Positions 12,525 through 24,439 of a DNA stretch of 64,000 nt are shown here, one piece after another. The position numbers and the translations under genes are program-made. The stretch is from Nemertoderma westbladi (taxonomy: Eukaryota; Animalia; Xenacoelomorpha). Within the stretch, counting starts at the first letter, position 1. Every line of letters begins with the position of its first letter. The DNA lies in contig JAUCBJ010002501.1 in assembly GCA_032718475.1 (NCBI GenBank), forward strand, positions 12,675-76,674, given 5' to 3'. Under the pieces are notes generated by a model. The model had not been told where the DNA came from. It did no database searches and saw only the letters and a list, made by a program, of their open reading frames with translations.

Positions 12525-14074
12525 ACGCCGTGTTAATAACTTTAATGATTCTACTTATTAACTGAAACTGTATACAGATAACCGATTTAATATAGCAAAG
12601 AATGAGTGTATTATAATGCGTTGTATGTTTAGTATGAATAGATCGTATGATGTTCATATTTATCTGATCTAAGAAACTAGCGCATGAATTAGAACAAAAT
12701 ATGACATACATAGAGACATATAAACATAATTCCGGTAATAAATTTAAATTTATTTAAATTTATTGAGATTTGTTGAATTTATAGTTAACGATAAAATTTT
12801 TAATTAATGACCAACTTTCAAAAGTAATTCGAGAAAAATTTAATGACTTAATAAAATACATTTTAGACCGAAGGAGGGTCGGAGTGTTTAAAAAATAAAA
12901 ATAACATTTATTATAACTAAAACTGTTTAATTAATTAAAAAATAATTAATCTCTGAAGTTATTCTTCCTCTTGGTTTCAGTTTGGTGAATTTAAGTTATC
13001 ACCAATTTGATTACTTTTACATTTTAAGAGGTAATCGCCTGATTGGATTGATTTTGATTATGAAACAGTGTGATATTATATAACATAATAATAATATAGA
13101 AAAACCCAGGCTATCTCTATGGGTTTATTATTATTGGGGGGAATCGAACGGTGGGTGAGGGACTAATTGCCTTCTCGCCAACTTTGGAATACTCAATTTG
13201 ACTCCCCACGGCAACGGCTATTTACCTAGACTATGGAACCACAGACGTCCTGGGACAAAGATGTTTCGTTGGACCGATGCTAGACCTATATATACCTAGA
13301 CGGATCGGATCTGCGTGACGTGATGGGTGACTCGTCATCTAACTTACCGGTGAACCAAATAATTATCTCAACCTTTCCCTGGAAATTGCCTGCAGACGGG
13401 AAAAACACCGGGTGAATGACCTTCAGGAGTCAGTCCCCGAAAACGGAGTCTATTAGAATTTCAGAAGTTTGATTAATTTGGCGTTGAAATGTTTATATTG
13501 TTAATACTTGGTTTGTTGATAATTTCTTTGATATGATAACTTTACTTGCCGGTAATATAGTTTTATTCAGAAAGCCTATTATATTAATCATGTTATTATT
13601 CTAAGAATATATATTAAGTTATACATATAGTGCAATAGTTTTTACTGGATCAGCAAACATTACCTAGAGAAACCTTGCCTAAATGGGAGCCAGCAAGTAC
13701 TAAGTATTTCATTTCGAGTTAATCATACTCAATCGTAAATTTTTAGAAATTTTTGTTGTTGTTGTAATAACGGTGCAATAATTAAATTAAATGCCTTTGT
13801 TAGTTTATTTTCCCTTATTGATAGTTAATTAATTTGAGTTCCAACTCAAAATGTATACACCATATATACTTAACTACAACTACGTAAATAATTAATAGTT
13901 TAGTATGTGATAGTCACAAATATAGTAGTTTACAACAATTATTAATAACGTATTGTGTTACCAATATAATTATTTACGTGTGTCATAATGGTGAAGGGAT
14001 TACGTGCAATTTATTGTACCACCAGTTTCCTTTTTGTTTATAAATAATTTATAAATAAATTTTTTAGGGAGCGG

Positions 14075-14653
14075 TATGACGTCACCTGGTGGCCTGTAAA
14101 ATGACAAAATGACACTTCTGCACACTTCTACGACACGACTGCACTACTCCTGCAACACAGAGAGTAGCCTACCGATGTAGGCATACTGCAGTACTGCTAA
14201 CTACTGACTGGGAAAATTCATAAAGTTCTTATGGGATTTGTTCCCAATCCTACAATAACAGACAACATTACTCACCAGCGCCTAGAACAATCCACCAGGT
14301 CACCGGGTCCGTCGTCCGTTCTCTATTATATCGTGGGTTACAACTTATATTTCCGTCACTCTATTCCGCCGTGAGGAGGGGCTTCACTCGCGGTCAAGCG
14401 AGCAAGGTAACTTTGGCAATCAGGTAACTCTATTGGGTTTGGCAGTTTGGGTATTTATATTAAGGTGCAGGGAGAGCCTGGAGTCTGTTTGGGAGGTTTG
14501 GACATCCTTATAAAAGGAGCTCTAGAATTATCAGCCCAGTCAAGGCTTACACGTGGCCCAGGGGAAGAAATACTTGGAGTACCGCAACCGGCCCTCCTTA
14601 TTTCCTTCCCGGCTATAGAATCTTCACAAAGGATTCTTTTAGCCAACGTGATA
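14075..14653 (+). repeat. 3' LTR (579 bp)
   Basis: Direct repeat of 3008-3609, preceded by a PPT and followed by the TSD. Confidence 0.95.
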
Positions 14654-17020
14654 GGACATGGTCATTGAACTTGAAATTGGAAGAAAATACCAGTCCCGGG
14701 TGTTTGTGAGTCTCACCACACGGAAGGGCCTCACCATTTAGATGTAGTGACACTGTCTGGTAGGGGATGGAACCATACATAGTCATTACAATGGTTTTCT
14801 CTGGGTTAAAAGTTACGAGCCATTTAGTAGCCCAAGTGTGTAGTTCATGAAGTTCGTGGTTAAGAAAGTGAGCGCGCACAACAGGATGACTGATTCTAGA
14901 TGAAAGAGATGTATCGTCAGCAAACAGTGAACAGTTTGCCGACAATACATCAACAAGGTCATTTATGTAAATAATAAATAAGATGGGACCGAGCACACTT
15001 CCCTGGGGTACGCCAGTGAGCACCGCCAGAAACAGTGAGCATGTCCCATCTAGTACTACACGCTGCCAACGCCCTGATAAATAACATTGGAACCATGCCA
15101 ATAAACGACCGCGGATTCCCATTCTATATGATTTTTCAAGGAGACCTGCGTGCCATACCCTGTCAAAGGCTTTTGTGACATCACAGAATATTACTTGTGT
15201 GACGTCGCCTTCGTCCCAGGCCTGGCACCAGGAGTCGTATAGGAAGAGAAGTTGGTTTTGGCAACTATCGCCGGGAATAAATCCTGATTGTCGTTTCGAT
15301 ATTTTATGCCATAGGAAATTCCAGATATGCTTTCTGACAACAGTTTCAAAAAGCTTAGAAAGGTTATTTAATAAAGAAATTGGGCGATAGTTGCCAGAAT
15401 TATAAAATTCTCCCTTTTTAAAAATTGGAGTAATATTAGAATACTTCCAGGATTGTGGAAAAATAGAAATGTTAAGTAACGCATTAAGTAAAATAGTTAA
15501 ACCAACTATTAAAGAGCCGGATAATGATTTAATAACGCTGTTACTTATTCCATCGATACCAGGAGATCCATTCGTATTTAAGGATGAAATACCTGAACCT
15601 ACGTCCTCTTCTGAAATCTGTATGTGCTCTAGGACTGCTTCTTCAGGGACGCACTGAACAGTCGCGGGGTCGGGGTGTACTGTAGTGAAGTCGGGGGTAA
15701 AGATTGTGGTATGGGATGTACCGCTGCAGGCTCCACGAGATATACCACCGATGGTACAGTCTGGGGTATGGGGTGTGCCGCCGGTGGTACAGTCTGTGGT
15801 ATGGGATGAAGCACTGGGGGCACTACAGGATGTACCACCGATGGTATAGTCTGGGGTATGGGGTGCACTGCTGGAGGTACAATCGGAGGTGTGGGATGTA
15901 CTACCGGTGGTACAGTATGGGGTGCACTGCTGGAGGTACAATCGGAGGTGTGGGATGTACTACCGGTGGTACAGTCTGGGGTATGGGGTGCACTGCTGGA
16001 GGTACAGTCGGAGGTGTGGGATGTACTACCGGTGGTACAGTCTGGAGTATGGGGTGCACTGCTGGAGGTACAATCGGAGGTGTGGGATGTACTACCTGTG
16101 GTACAGTCAGGGGTATGGGGTGCACTGCTGGAGGTACAATCGGAGGTGTGGGATGTACTACCGGTGGTACAGTCTGGGGTATGGGGTGCACTGCTGGAGG
16201 TACAATCGGAAGTGTGGGATGTACTACCGGTGGTACAGTCTGGAGTATGGGGTGCACTTCTGGAGGTACAATCGGAGGTGTGGGATCTACTACCAGTGGT
16301 ACAGTCGGGGGTATGTGGTGAAGCACTGGAGGTACTACAGAAAGTACCACCGGTGGTACAGGCTGGTGTGTGGGATGTACTAGCGGTGGTGCTGTCTGAG
16401 GTGTGGATTGTACTGGGGTCGTCGGTAATAAACCTGGTAAAGTGGAATTAATGACAAATCTGTTATTTAGAACTTGGGCATTGTCAAAGGCTTCATACAC
16501 CGCTGTATCACCATCAAATAAGAACGGGATGGATAATAATTTGTTTTTCCCCAGTACCGACTTTACTATTGAAAACTATTTCTTAGAGTCTAAGTTGCTG
16601 GAACTTTTGGTTGATAAATACAATTCACTAGAATATGAAGCCTTAGCTAAGCGAACTTTTTGAGTGACAAAATTTCGATATTTTCTGAATTTGACCCATT
16701 GATTTGAGTTGTTGGGTGTCCCTTTGGCTCGTTTGTGTAGCCTTTCCCTGCGCCTGAACAGTGAGCGCAACTCATTATTTATCCACTTAGGGTCGCTGGA
16801 TCTGGTTTTTATTTTGTGGCTGGGAATAAATCTATTCGTACCTTCAAGTAAAGTCTCTGTGAGAAAATTAACACCTTCAACAGGGTCATCGGCATGTGCA
16901 CCAAAGTAGCTACTAAGACATTTGCTATTTAGGAATTGTCTGAATTCTCTCCAGTTCACTTTGTCATAATCCCATACGGTACGAATGAAAAGGGGTGGCG
17001 GTTTAATATCAACGTGAGAC
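14654..17020 (-). mobile_element. 5'-truncated CR1/L2-type LINE ORF2 (linker and RT), host of the BEL insertion
   Basis: WDYDKVNW, PKWINNEL, SPGIDGI, NYRPISLL, DVTKAFDRVWH, GVPQGSVLGP and LFADD in ORFs 16576-17043, 15901-16500 and 14613-15941. Confidence 0.92.
15700..16420 (-). repeat. 66-bp (2x33-bp) coding minisatellite within LINE ORF2
   Basis: Encodes (VVHPTPPIVPPAVHPIPQTVPP)n. A 7-nt deletion near 15917 shifts the frame. Confidence 0.9.
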
Positions 17021-17023
17021 AGA

Positions 17024-17982
17024 CTTGCACCATTCTTGTTCATAATTGTTGTTGACTATGTTCTACGCATGTCCTTAGATCATCATAATGATGATGGGGT
17101 GATGATAACTCCACCTACTGGTTCCAGAAGTCGAGGAAATCCTGCCAAGTACCTAACTGATCTAGACTTTGCTGATGACTTAGGGGTACTCTCAGAATCA
17201 CTAGAGGGAGCCCAATGGCTCCTCAGCTCATTAGAACATGCTGCTTCTAGTGTTGGTCTTTTTATTAACTCCAGAAAGACCAAAATTTTGACAGTTAACT
17301 TTGAAAGTCCTCAGCAAGTCTCTGATCGGATGAGCATAAGCTCAAAAGATGGTATGCTTGAGCATGTGGATGACTTCTGTTACCTGGGATCATGGATCCG
17401 GAAGTCAGGTGAGGACGTTCGAATACGTAAGGGAAAGGCATTGGCAGCCTTTAATAGGCTTTCCAGGATTTGGAAGTCACCGAGAATTAATCGGAAACTT
17501 GAGGTCCGATTATTTAGAGCAGCAGTAGTTCCAGTACTCCGCTATGGGATTCCATGCTGGGCTCTAACTGCTCAGGACACCAAATCTCTGGATGGCACAT
17601 TCACAAGAATGCTACGCCGGGTTCATTGTGTCAAGTACAATGCACACATCTCCAACGAGACACTATATAACATTGGAGGTATCTCATTGCTTCCCCCAAG
17701 CTTGACACTAGAACAAAATCGCCTCCGCTTTGCAGGACATTGCTTTCGCCGTGAGGACCAGCCAGTGCATAATCTTGTACTTTGGCAGCCCCATGGAGTG
17801 AATAAGCATGGTGGACAGCCCATGACTTTCTTGAGACGCATCTTAAAGGACACTGGCCTTGAAGATGCGGATAATCTAGCAAATGTCATGGGTGATAGGG
17901 AGTTGTGGCGGTGCAATTTTGTCGATAAGCCGGCACAGCATTCTTAAAAATGCAGCTGCAATGCAGCATGCCGATCCTAGTA
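17024..17982 (+). mobile_element. RTE-clade LINE 3' fragment (RT C-terminal half and short 3' UTR)
   Basis: LAPFLFIIVVDY, LDFADDL, DFCYLGS, RLRFAGHCFRR. Its tail ...gcagctgcaatgcagcatgccgatcctagtag recurs at ~1495-1560, 2481-2536, 18945-19007, 29550 and 31915. Confidence 0.9.
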
Positions 17983-18288
17983 GATACTAATTGGTACTAC
18001 AATTTAGAATTTGTCAATTTGTACAACACAAATACATTTCTGTTTAGATTGGCGGTCATGTAGATTGTCGAACTATTAGCTTGTTGCTTTTGAGAATTTA
18101 AAGAAAGTGTTCAATGTTAGTTAACTTTAGTAACTGTTTTTCACTCGTCTATTGAACAAGAAGATTATTAGTTATATTAATTAGGGCTTATTTGACAGGT
18201 TTGGTACATTTTAGTGGGAAGTTTTGTAAACTTATTTGCACTGTCTCATTTCATTTCAGTCCGGATTCCACTGGCTGCAAATACGAAT

Positions 18289-18665
18289 ATATGCGTATGG
18301 TGTATGCGTATGGTGTATGCATATGGTGTATGCGTATGGTGTATGCGTATGGTGTATGCGTATGGTGTATGCGTATGTTGTATGCGTATGGTGTATGCGT
18401 ATGGTGTATGCATATGGTGTATGCGTATGGTGTATGCGTATGGTGTATGGGTATGGTGTATGCGTATGGTGTATGCGTATGGTGTATGCGTATGGTGCAT
18501 GCGTATGGTGTATGCGTATGGTGTATGCGTACGGTGTATGCGTATGGCGTATGCGTATGGTGTATGCGTAGGTATGGTGTATGCGTAGGTATGGTTTATG
18601 CGTATGGTGTATGCGTATGGTGTATGCGTAGGTATGGTGTATGCGTATGGTGTATGCGTATGGTG
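18289..18665. repeat. 13-bp minisatellite (TATGCGTATGGTG)n
   Basis: Reverse complement of the 1841-2176 array, with a different copy number. Confidence 0.95.
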
Positions 18666-19281
18666 AAAATTATAGGCCTCAGATGACTAGAGAGGACCTA
18701 AATATGATTTATGGCTTATGGCTTATGAAATGGCTTATGATTAAGCTATTATAAAGTTAGTATATTTATATTATTTATATTATATTTAATATAATAAGTA
18801 TAAAGAAACTTAAGAAGTTAAGCTTCCGGTTTATTAATCATGTATTATAATTAGTAATACACTATTGAATGTTTAAAAATGTATTATTATTTCAGATCTT
18901 AGTCACAAGGTACAGGTAATTATTATTATTACTGGCCTTAGGTACTACTAGGATCGGCATGCTGCATTGCAGCTGCATTTTTAAGAATGCTGTTCCGGCT
19001 TGTCGACATACTTTTAGGCATTAGGTACACGGTTAATGGAGCCTCTTATAGATACCCTAACTGACGAAATAGTAAAATACGTATGAGAGACTAATGCACT
19101 AATATAATGCTTAAAATATCGAATTTTAAATTATGTACTAAATAAAACGAAATGTTATTATCATATTTAATAGAGAGCAAAACAAAAACAACATGGGTGT
19201 TACAAATCCATTATACGTAATGTAATGCACAGTACATTGTTGCAACAGTCTCCAATTTCCACCAATGTTGTAGTCCATTAA

Positions 19282-20703
19282 CCCTATTACCACTGGGGTG
19301 TTTTGACCATTAGCACCACTGGGGGGGGGGGGCCGATTCGGCCCACCCACTATATTTTTGTAGTCGTCCAATGAAATCCTACAAAATTTGGGCTGTTGGT
19401 GAAACAACTATAGATGAACACTACCAAACCTTAAAAAATTAAAATTTCATAAGCAGGGACTCATAATTTTGATGAAAAATAAAAGTAGTCCCAGGACAAA
19501 ATTACAAAATTTTTCGTTTTCTAAAAACTAATAGTGTGGCAGTGTTGGCTAGATTTAGTAGGTTTTTCAAGACGCTGAATCGAATGTGATTATATTCCAC
19601 TTCCAAAAATTGAAGTGGATGCTATTTTTCGTGCACCTAAGAAGTGGGCGTGGCACTTCAAATTTTGAAAAATTAGATATTCAGAAAAAGCCCCTAATTT
19701 TTTTATTTCAACGCATCTTTATGGGTTTTCTGGGCCGCTGAATCGATTGAAAGTAATATAGAAGCCTGAAGACTGAGTGGTTCGCCATTTTTGGTGCACC
19801 AAAATTAGGGCGTGGCACTTCAAATTTTGAAAAATACGAGATTCGGAAAATAAACCAAAATTGAAATTTTAACGAATTTATATAGGTTTTCCAGACCCCT
19901 GAATCGATTGAAAGTAATATAGAAGCCTGAAGACTTAGAAGTTAGCCATTTTTTGAAATCAAAACTTTAGTGTTTTTTCCGAATAAAGTAATTTTGAAAA
20001 TTTGAAGTGCCACGCCCTAATTTTGGTGCACCGAAAATTACGTACACAAAGGATTTGAGGCTTCTATATTACTTTCAATCGATTCAGCGCTCCAGAAAAC
20101 CTATAAAATTAATTTGAAATCAAAACTTTAGTGAATTTTCCGAATCTCGTATTTTTCAAAATTTGAAGTGCCACGCCCTAATTTTGATGCACCAAAAATG
20201 GCGAACCACTAAGTCTTCAGGCTTCTATATTACTTTCAATCGATTCAGCGCTCCAGAAAACCTATAAAAATGCTTTGCAAATCAATACTTTAGTGTATTT
20301 TCCGAATCTCGTATTTTTCAAAATTTGAAGTGCCACGCCCTAATTTTGGTGCACCAAAAATAGCGAACCACTACACTTACATACTTGTATAGAGCATTAG
20401 AGTGATCCAAACCAATAAAAATAAATAAAAATAGCCCAAACATAAATAATTACTAAATCACGAATGACTTTGTAAAATTCGAAAATTTCAAAAAATTTGG
20501 TGCTGGAGACCAAATTTTGAGGTGGCACCCACATCGAAATGTAGAAATCCAATTGCAACGGCGTTTTTTGCAAAAGATGCGGCATTAAATTTGGCTAATT
20601 CTCACAAAAAATTGGGCCGGTACGTAATGTCGTTGCATAGTTACAGCAACTAAAAACTAGGAAGGGGCCGATTCGGCCCCCCCCCCCCCCAGTGGTAATA
20701 GGG
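19282..20703. mobile_element. piggyBac-like non-autonomous DNA transposon
   Basis: TTAA TSD (19278-81, 20704-07), TIR CCCTATTACCACTGGGG/CCCCAGTGGTAATAGGG and internal inverted ~120-bp repeats. The empty site ctcTTAAtgg is at 1228-1237. Confidence 0.93.
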
Positions 20704-23060
20704 TTAAGAGTGGGTCGCTTTCGACACTGCTGAGATGCTGTGACAGAAGAAAACTGAAGATAAAAAAGTGAATTTATCATTCCGGTATTGAATTAGCTGT
20801 ATATTATTCTACACTTAACACGCATGATATGGGTATCTAGACTACATGTATTAAATTATGTGTTTATGTTTTTGTGTAACAATTTTCCGTATACATACAT
20901 ATAATTGAATTGCACCGCAAAATATTGGGTTATATATAAAATAATATTATAGCAGTACGTAGCTCCTTCACCATGCTATTTAATTCCTATTAGGATATTC
21001 AACGGTGCACAGACGATGGCTTGCCGGGAAGGCCCATTACGCAAACCACCTCCTTTACACATATACATACAGTATATAACAAGATTACGTATCGTATTTA
21101 AACAATCCGTATATACTGTAGTACGTCTAACTACAACTACTGTAAATTACATACCTAAAATAAATGTATAAAACAAAGAACCGGTATATCGTATAAATGA
21201 TATATATCATCTATATTACTATGCATGCACACAAGGGTATAAGTTGATTAATCTTATATGTAGATATAAAGCCGTTCTAATAATAAAACCCTTTCTAATA
21301 AGAGTTACTGTATACTGGATTGAGAAAAGGGTTTAAGAAAATTATTGTAATAGATGGGATAATGCTGGAAAATTACCTGAGATATGTAAGATATGGATAA
21401 TGCTATAAAATAAGCTAAGATATATAAGTTTAAAGGATGACTAATTTATAACTAGTGTACAAAATTTTATATGAGTTACTTATTATTAGTTTTGATTACT
21501 TGTTTTTAGATATCGTTTGAGACAATTTAAAGATAGATATTCTAGGTCGGTGCCTTACAGAGATTGGGAGGCTGTTCCAGACCTCGGGTGCTTGGACCCT
21601 GATGGATTGCCTGGCGACCAATAGCCTAGTCCGGTGCGTTACACAGTTGTTGTTAATAGCGGTGCGGGTACAATGGTCGTGAGTCGTAGATGAGGGTGTG
21701 TTGTTAGATGTCAGTGTTACCCCTGCTTTGTACTATCCGTTGAGCCCTCTGTTGTAGTCTGTGCAGTGATTTAATTGTAGTATTTCGGTTGTCAGTATCT
21801 GTCTGTTGTTTCCGCCTTCGTCTGGAGTGTCGATGTATTGGCGTTTGTCTTGGTGGCCCTGTATTGTCGTTGTTTGTATTATATTTTTGTGCCCAGACAG
21901 CATTGCAGTATTGTAAGTAGCGGCCTATCATCGTGTTATACAGTATTGTGAGAATCTGTGGGTTGATGGAGTTTTTTATTTTGTTAATAAAACCGACATT
22001 CCAGCTTATTTTGGTCCGTATATATTCGAAATGGTGTTTCCAAGTCGAAATGATGCGTTGTTTATTGTCACAGTTGTGTCAGTGTCTAGTTTCAGATTTC
22101 TGTTGTTAGTATGGAAGATAATGTAAGTCGGAAGAATGGAAGTCGGTTTAGTTGGAACCATTTAGTCAGTTTATATAAATCGTCGTTTCGATGTGAGATA
22201 AGTTGATGAATGTCCGTACCTGATTTTAGAATGTTCATGTCGTCATCAAACTTTGGTGGTTCACTGTGAACTCACACTTGTCCAGTGAAAGGAGGGTTAA
22301 TAATGCGTGTTGGGTGCACCGTTTTGTTCTAAATCCGAATTGTGCTGGTGTTAGTATAATTAAATAAATTAATTAATTAGCATAATTAAATAGTCTGTTA
22401 GTTCGGTCTGTACAATCGAGTTCAATTCGAGTATTTTTGAGAAGTATGTAAGTACTGATATTGGTCTGTAATTTTGTACGAATGTCGGATTTACTGATTT
22501 GAAAATAGGTGTGATACGCGCAATTTTCATTTGTTTTGGTACTGAGCCGCTACTGAGAGATATATTCACAATGTTTGAGAGCGGTTCAGCTATTAGTGTG
22601 ATGGTCGGGTACACAGCAGTGGCTGGCAATCAAAGTGGTGGACAATATTTTCGTTCACTGCAGATATATCTCTATTGATATATCCTGCCACCATTGGTTG
22701 ATGGCCAAATGACATTGAATCTGTGATTAATGCTGAGAGAACCACATTCTCGTAAGTAATTGTCTCTATCCTCTCTTTGACCCCCGTCGCAGTGCATAAA
22801 GATCTCAATTATCAAGCCTCTGATAGATACAGCAATGAATGACTCTCTGTCTGTGCCAGTTTTAATTCGTTCACAGTGCTGGTATATATTTTCCTTCCTT
22901 CATGAAAATGGCAGTGCCACCTTTGCCTCTCACTGTCATTTTCGGTATGGAAATGCCTTCAGTGATAGTGAAAAGGCAGTAGTAAATATTCAATGTAAAT
23001 AGGACAATATGATAATGCTCTCCATAGCGAAAAGTATCAACCGGCCCTATTGGGACTTGA

Positions 23061-23104
23061 ACCCGGTACCTAGGTTTCAAACTTCTGGTTATCATCAGCC
23101 GGGT
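23061..23104 (-). ncRNA. Type I hammerhead ribozyme, retrozyme copy 1
   Basis: rc reads ACCCGG CUGAUGA U AAC-CAGAA-GUU U GAAA CCUAGG UA CCGGGU. Confidence 0.82.
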
Positions 23105-23428
23105 GAGTGTACTGAGCTACCAGACCGGATGAATATTTCGCTGTGGAGTGGGAGATCATATTTAGGCCAACTAATCACTCAAAGGAAAGTACAAGTTCGT
23201 TATTCCCGTGCCTTGCCAGAAATGGCAACCATGCCTCAAAGAATAACTATTATACAGTGTTGTAGAAACCACTGTAACCCTGTACGCCTGGCCCAGGCTG
23301 TTATTTAATAATAATAAGTGAATTGTTGTGGGGTGAGTGACGCGGTGTATTAAATATACAATGTAAATAGGACAATATGATAATGCTCTCCATAGCGAAA
23401 AATATCAACCGGCCCTATTGGTGCTCGA

Positions 23429-23472
23429 ACCCGGTACCTAGGTTTCAAACTTCTGGTTATCATCAGCCGGGT
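23429..23472 (-). ncRNA. Type I hammerhead ribozyme, retrozyme copy 2
   Basis: Identical core, 368 nt from copy 1. Confidence 0.82.
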
Positions 23473-23643
23473 GAGTGTACTGAGCTACCAGACCAGATGA
23501 ATATTTCACTGTGGAGTGGGAGATCATATTTAGGCCAACTAATCACTCAAAGGAAAGTACAAGTTCGTTATTCCCGTGCTCTGCTAGAAATGGCAACCAT
23601 GCCTCAAAGATCTCCCACTCCACAGCGAAATATTCATCCAGTC

Positions 23644-23713
23644 TGGTAGCTCAGTACACTCACCCGGCTGATGATAACCAGAAGTTTGAAACCTAGGTAC
23701 CGGGTTCGAGCCC
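23644..23713 (+). promoter_or_regulatory. tRNA-type internal Pol III promoter flanking the hammerhead
   Basis: A-box-like TGGTAGCTCAGT (23644-55) and B-box GGTTCGAGCCC (23703-13). Also present on the minus strand in the other two copies. Confidence 0.7.
23662..23705 (+). ncRNA. Type I hammerhead ribozyme, inverted retrozyme copy 3
   Basis: Helix I ACCCGG/CCGGGU, CUGAUGA 23668-74, helix II AAC/GUU, GAAA 23688-91, palindromic helix III ACCUAGGU, GUA cleavage triplet 23697-99. Confidence 0.85.
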
Positions 23714-24439
23714 CAATAGGGCCGGTTGATATTTTTCGCTATAGAGAGCATTATCATATTGCCCTATTTACATTGTATATTTAATACACCGCGTCACTCA
23801 CCCCACAACAATTCACTTATTATTAAAAGGCAGTAGTTGCAGCCCTTATGTATTATCTCGTCCCGCATCCCTAACCAGTCTTCCTGGATGATAAAGATGT
23901 CTGGTCTGTTCATTGTGAGAAAGTTATTAATGTATTGTTTATTCCTGGTATATCCTTGACAGTTATAGGTAGCAATACTGATTTTGGTTATCATCCTATC
24001 CATTGGGTGTCTCATATCATCAGACTAGGATAATTTATCAACAGTAGTATTAACAATTTATCAAGAGTCTATCAAGCCTGTATATAGACTGACTCAAGGT
24101 ATTATTGGATTAATCAAGTTGGATCTTGACTATAATCAGTTTATTTGAGATATATTATCTTTGTTGGATTTGGATAAAATTAGAAATACTTCTCGTTCTT
24201 AAACCACATGGAGCAACATACAATGGCTAATACAAGATCTGCTGTCATGTAAATTGTGGAAAGAAAGAGAAAATATATATTACTCATTTCATATGCTATA
24301 GCCAAAACGTTTAATATTGTACATGGTACCATTGTATTCAACACAATGATGGTTGCTCTTTCATACATTTAATAACACATGCCTACACTACTAACTAATG
24401 TACAGGTTAACAGTATATTATGACGATGGGCTTACTGAT

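Larger units (their letters stand above)
3008..14653 (+). mobile_element. Full-length BEL/Pao LTR retrotransposon with disrupted coding region
   Basis: Two LTRs, 5-bp TSD GGACG (3003-3007)/GGACA (14654-14658), purine tract AGGGAGCGG before the 3' LTR, and gag-PR-RT-RH-IN order with Pao-type motifs. Confidence 0.95.
17928..22590 (+). repeat. Right arm of large inverted duplication
   Basis: Reverse complement of 1-2536, with an extra piggyBac-like insertion and ~660 bp more LINE sequence. Confidence 0.92.
22984..23824 (-). mobile_element. Retrozyme/SINE-like insertion: 368-bp monomer in partial tandem plus an inverted partial copy
   Basis: 13-bp TSD AAAAGGCAGTAGT (22971-83, 23825-37) with the empty site at 39345-57. 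Monomers are 22984-23351 and 23352-23610; 23609-23824 is the rc of ~23308-23525. Confidence 0.88.
21500..24015 (-). mobile_element. Degenerate CR1/L2-type LINE (APE endonuclease to RT 3' end), interrupted by the retrozyme-like insertion
   Basis: ISIATYNCQG...PDIFIIQEDWL and RGKGGTAIF (APE motifs), NYRPISVL, YLQYCNAVW. Confidence 0.8.

Noticed and set aside
23009-23649. Duplicated 90-99 aa ORFs
   Set aside because: Antisense translations of the ribozyme-bearing repeat with no protein features.
23636-23726. Genuine tRNA gene, possibly with an intron
   Set aside because: No proper D-arm or anticodon arm; the middle is a hammerhead and the unit lies in a TSD-flanked repeat.
24180-24368. Hydrophobic 62-aa ORF downstream of the MFS gene (also 39701-39889)
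   Set aside because: Short and AT-rich; its conservation is explained by the recent duplication.
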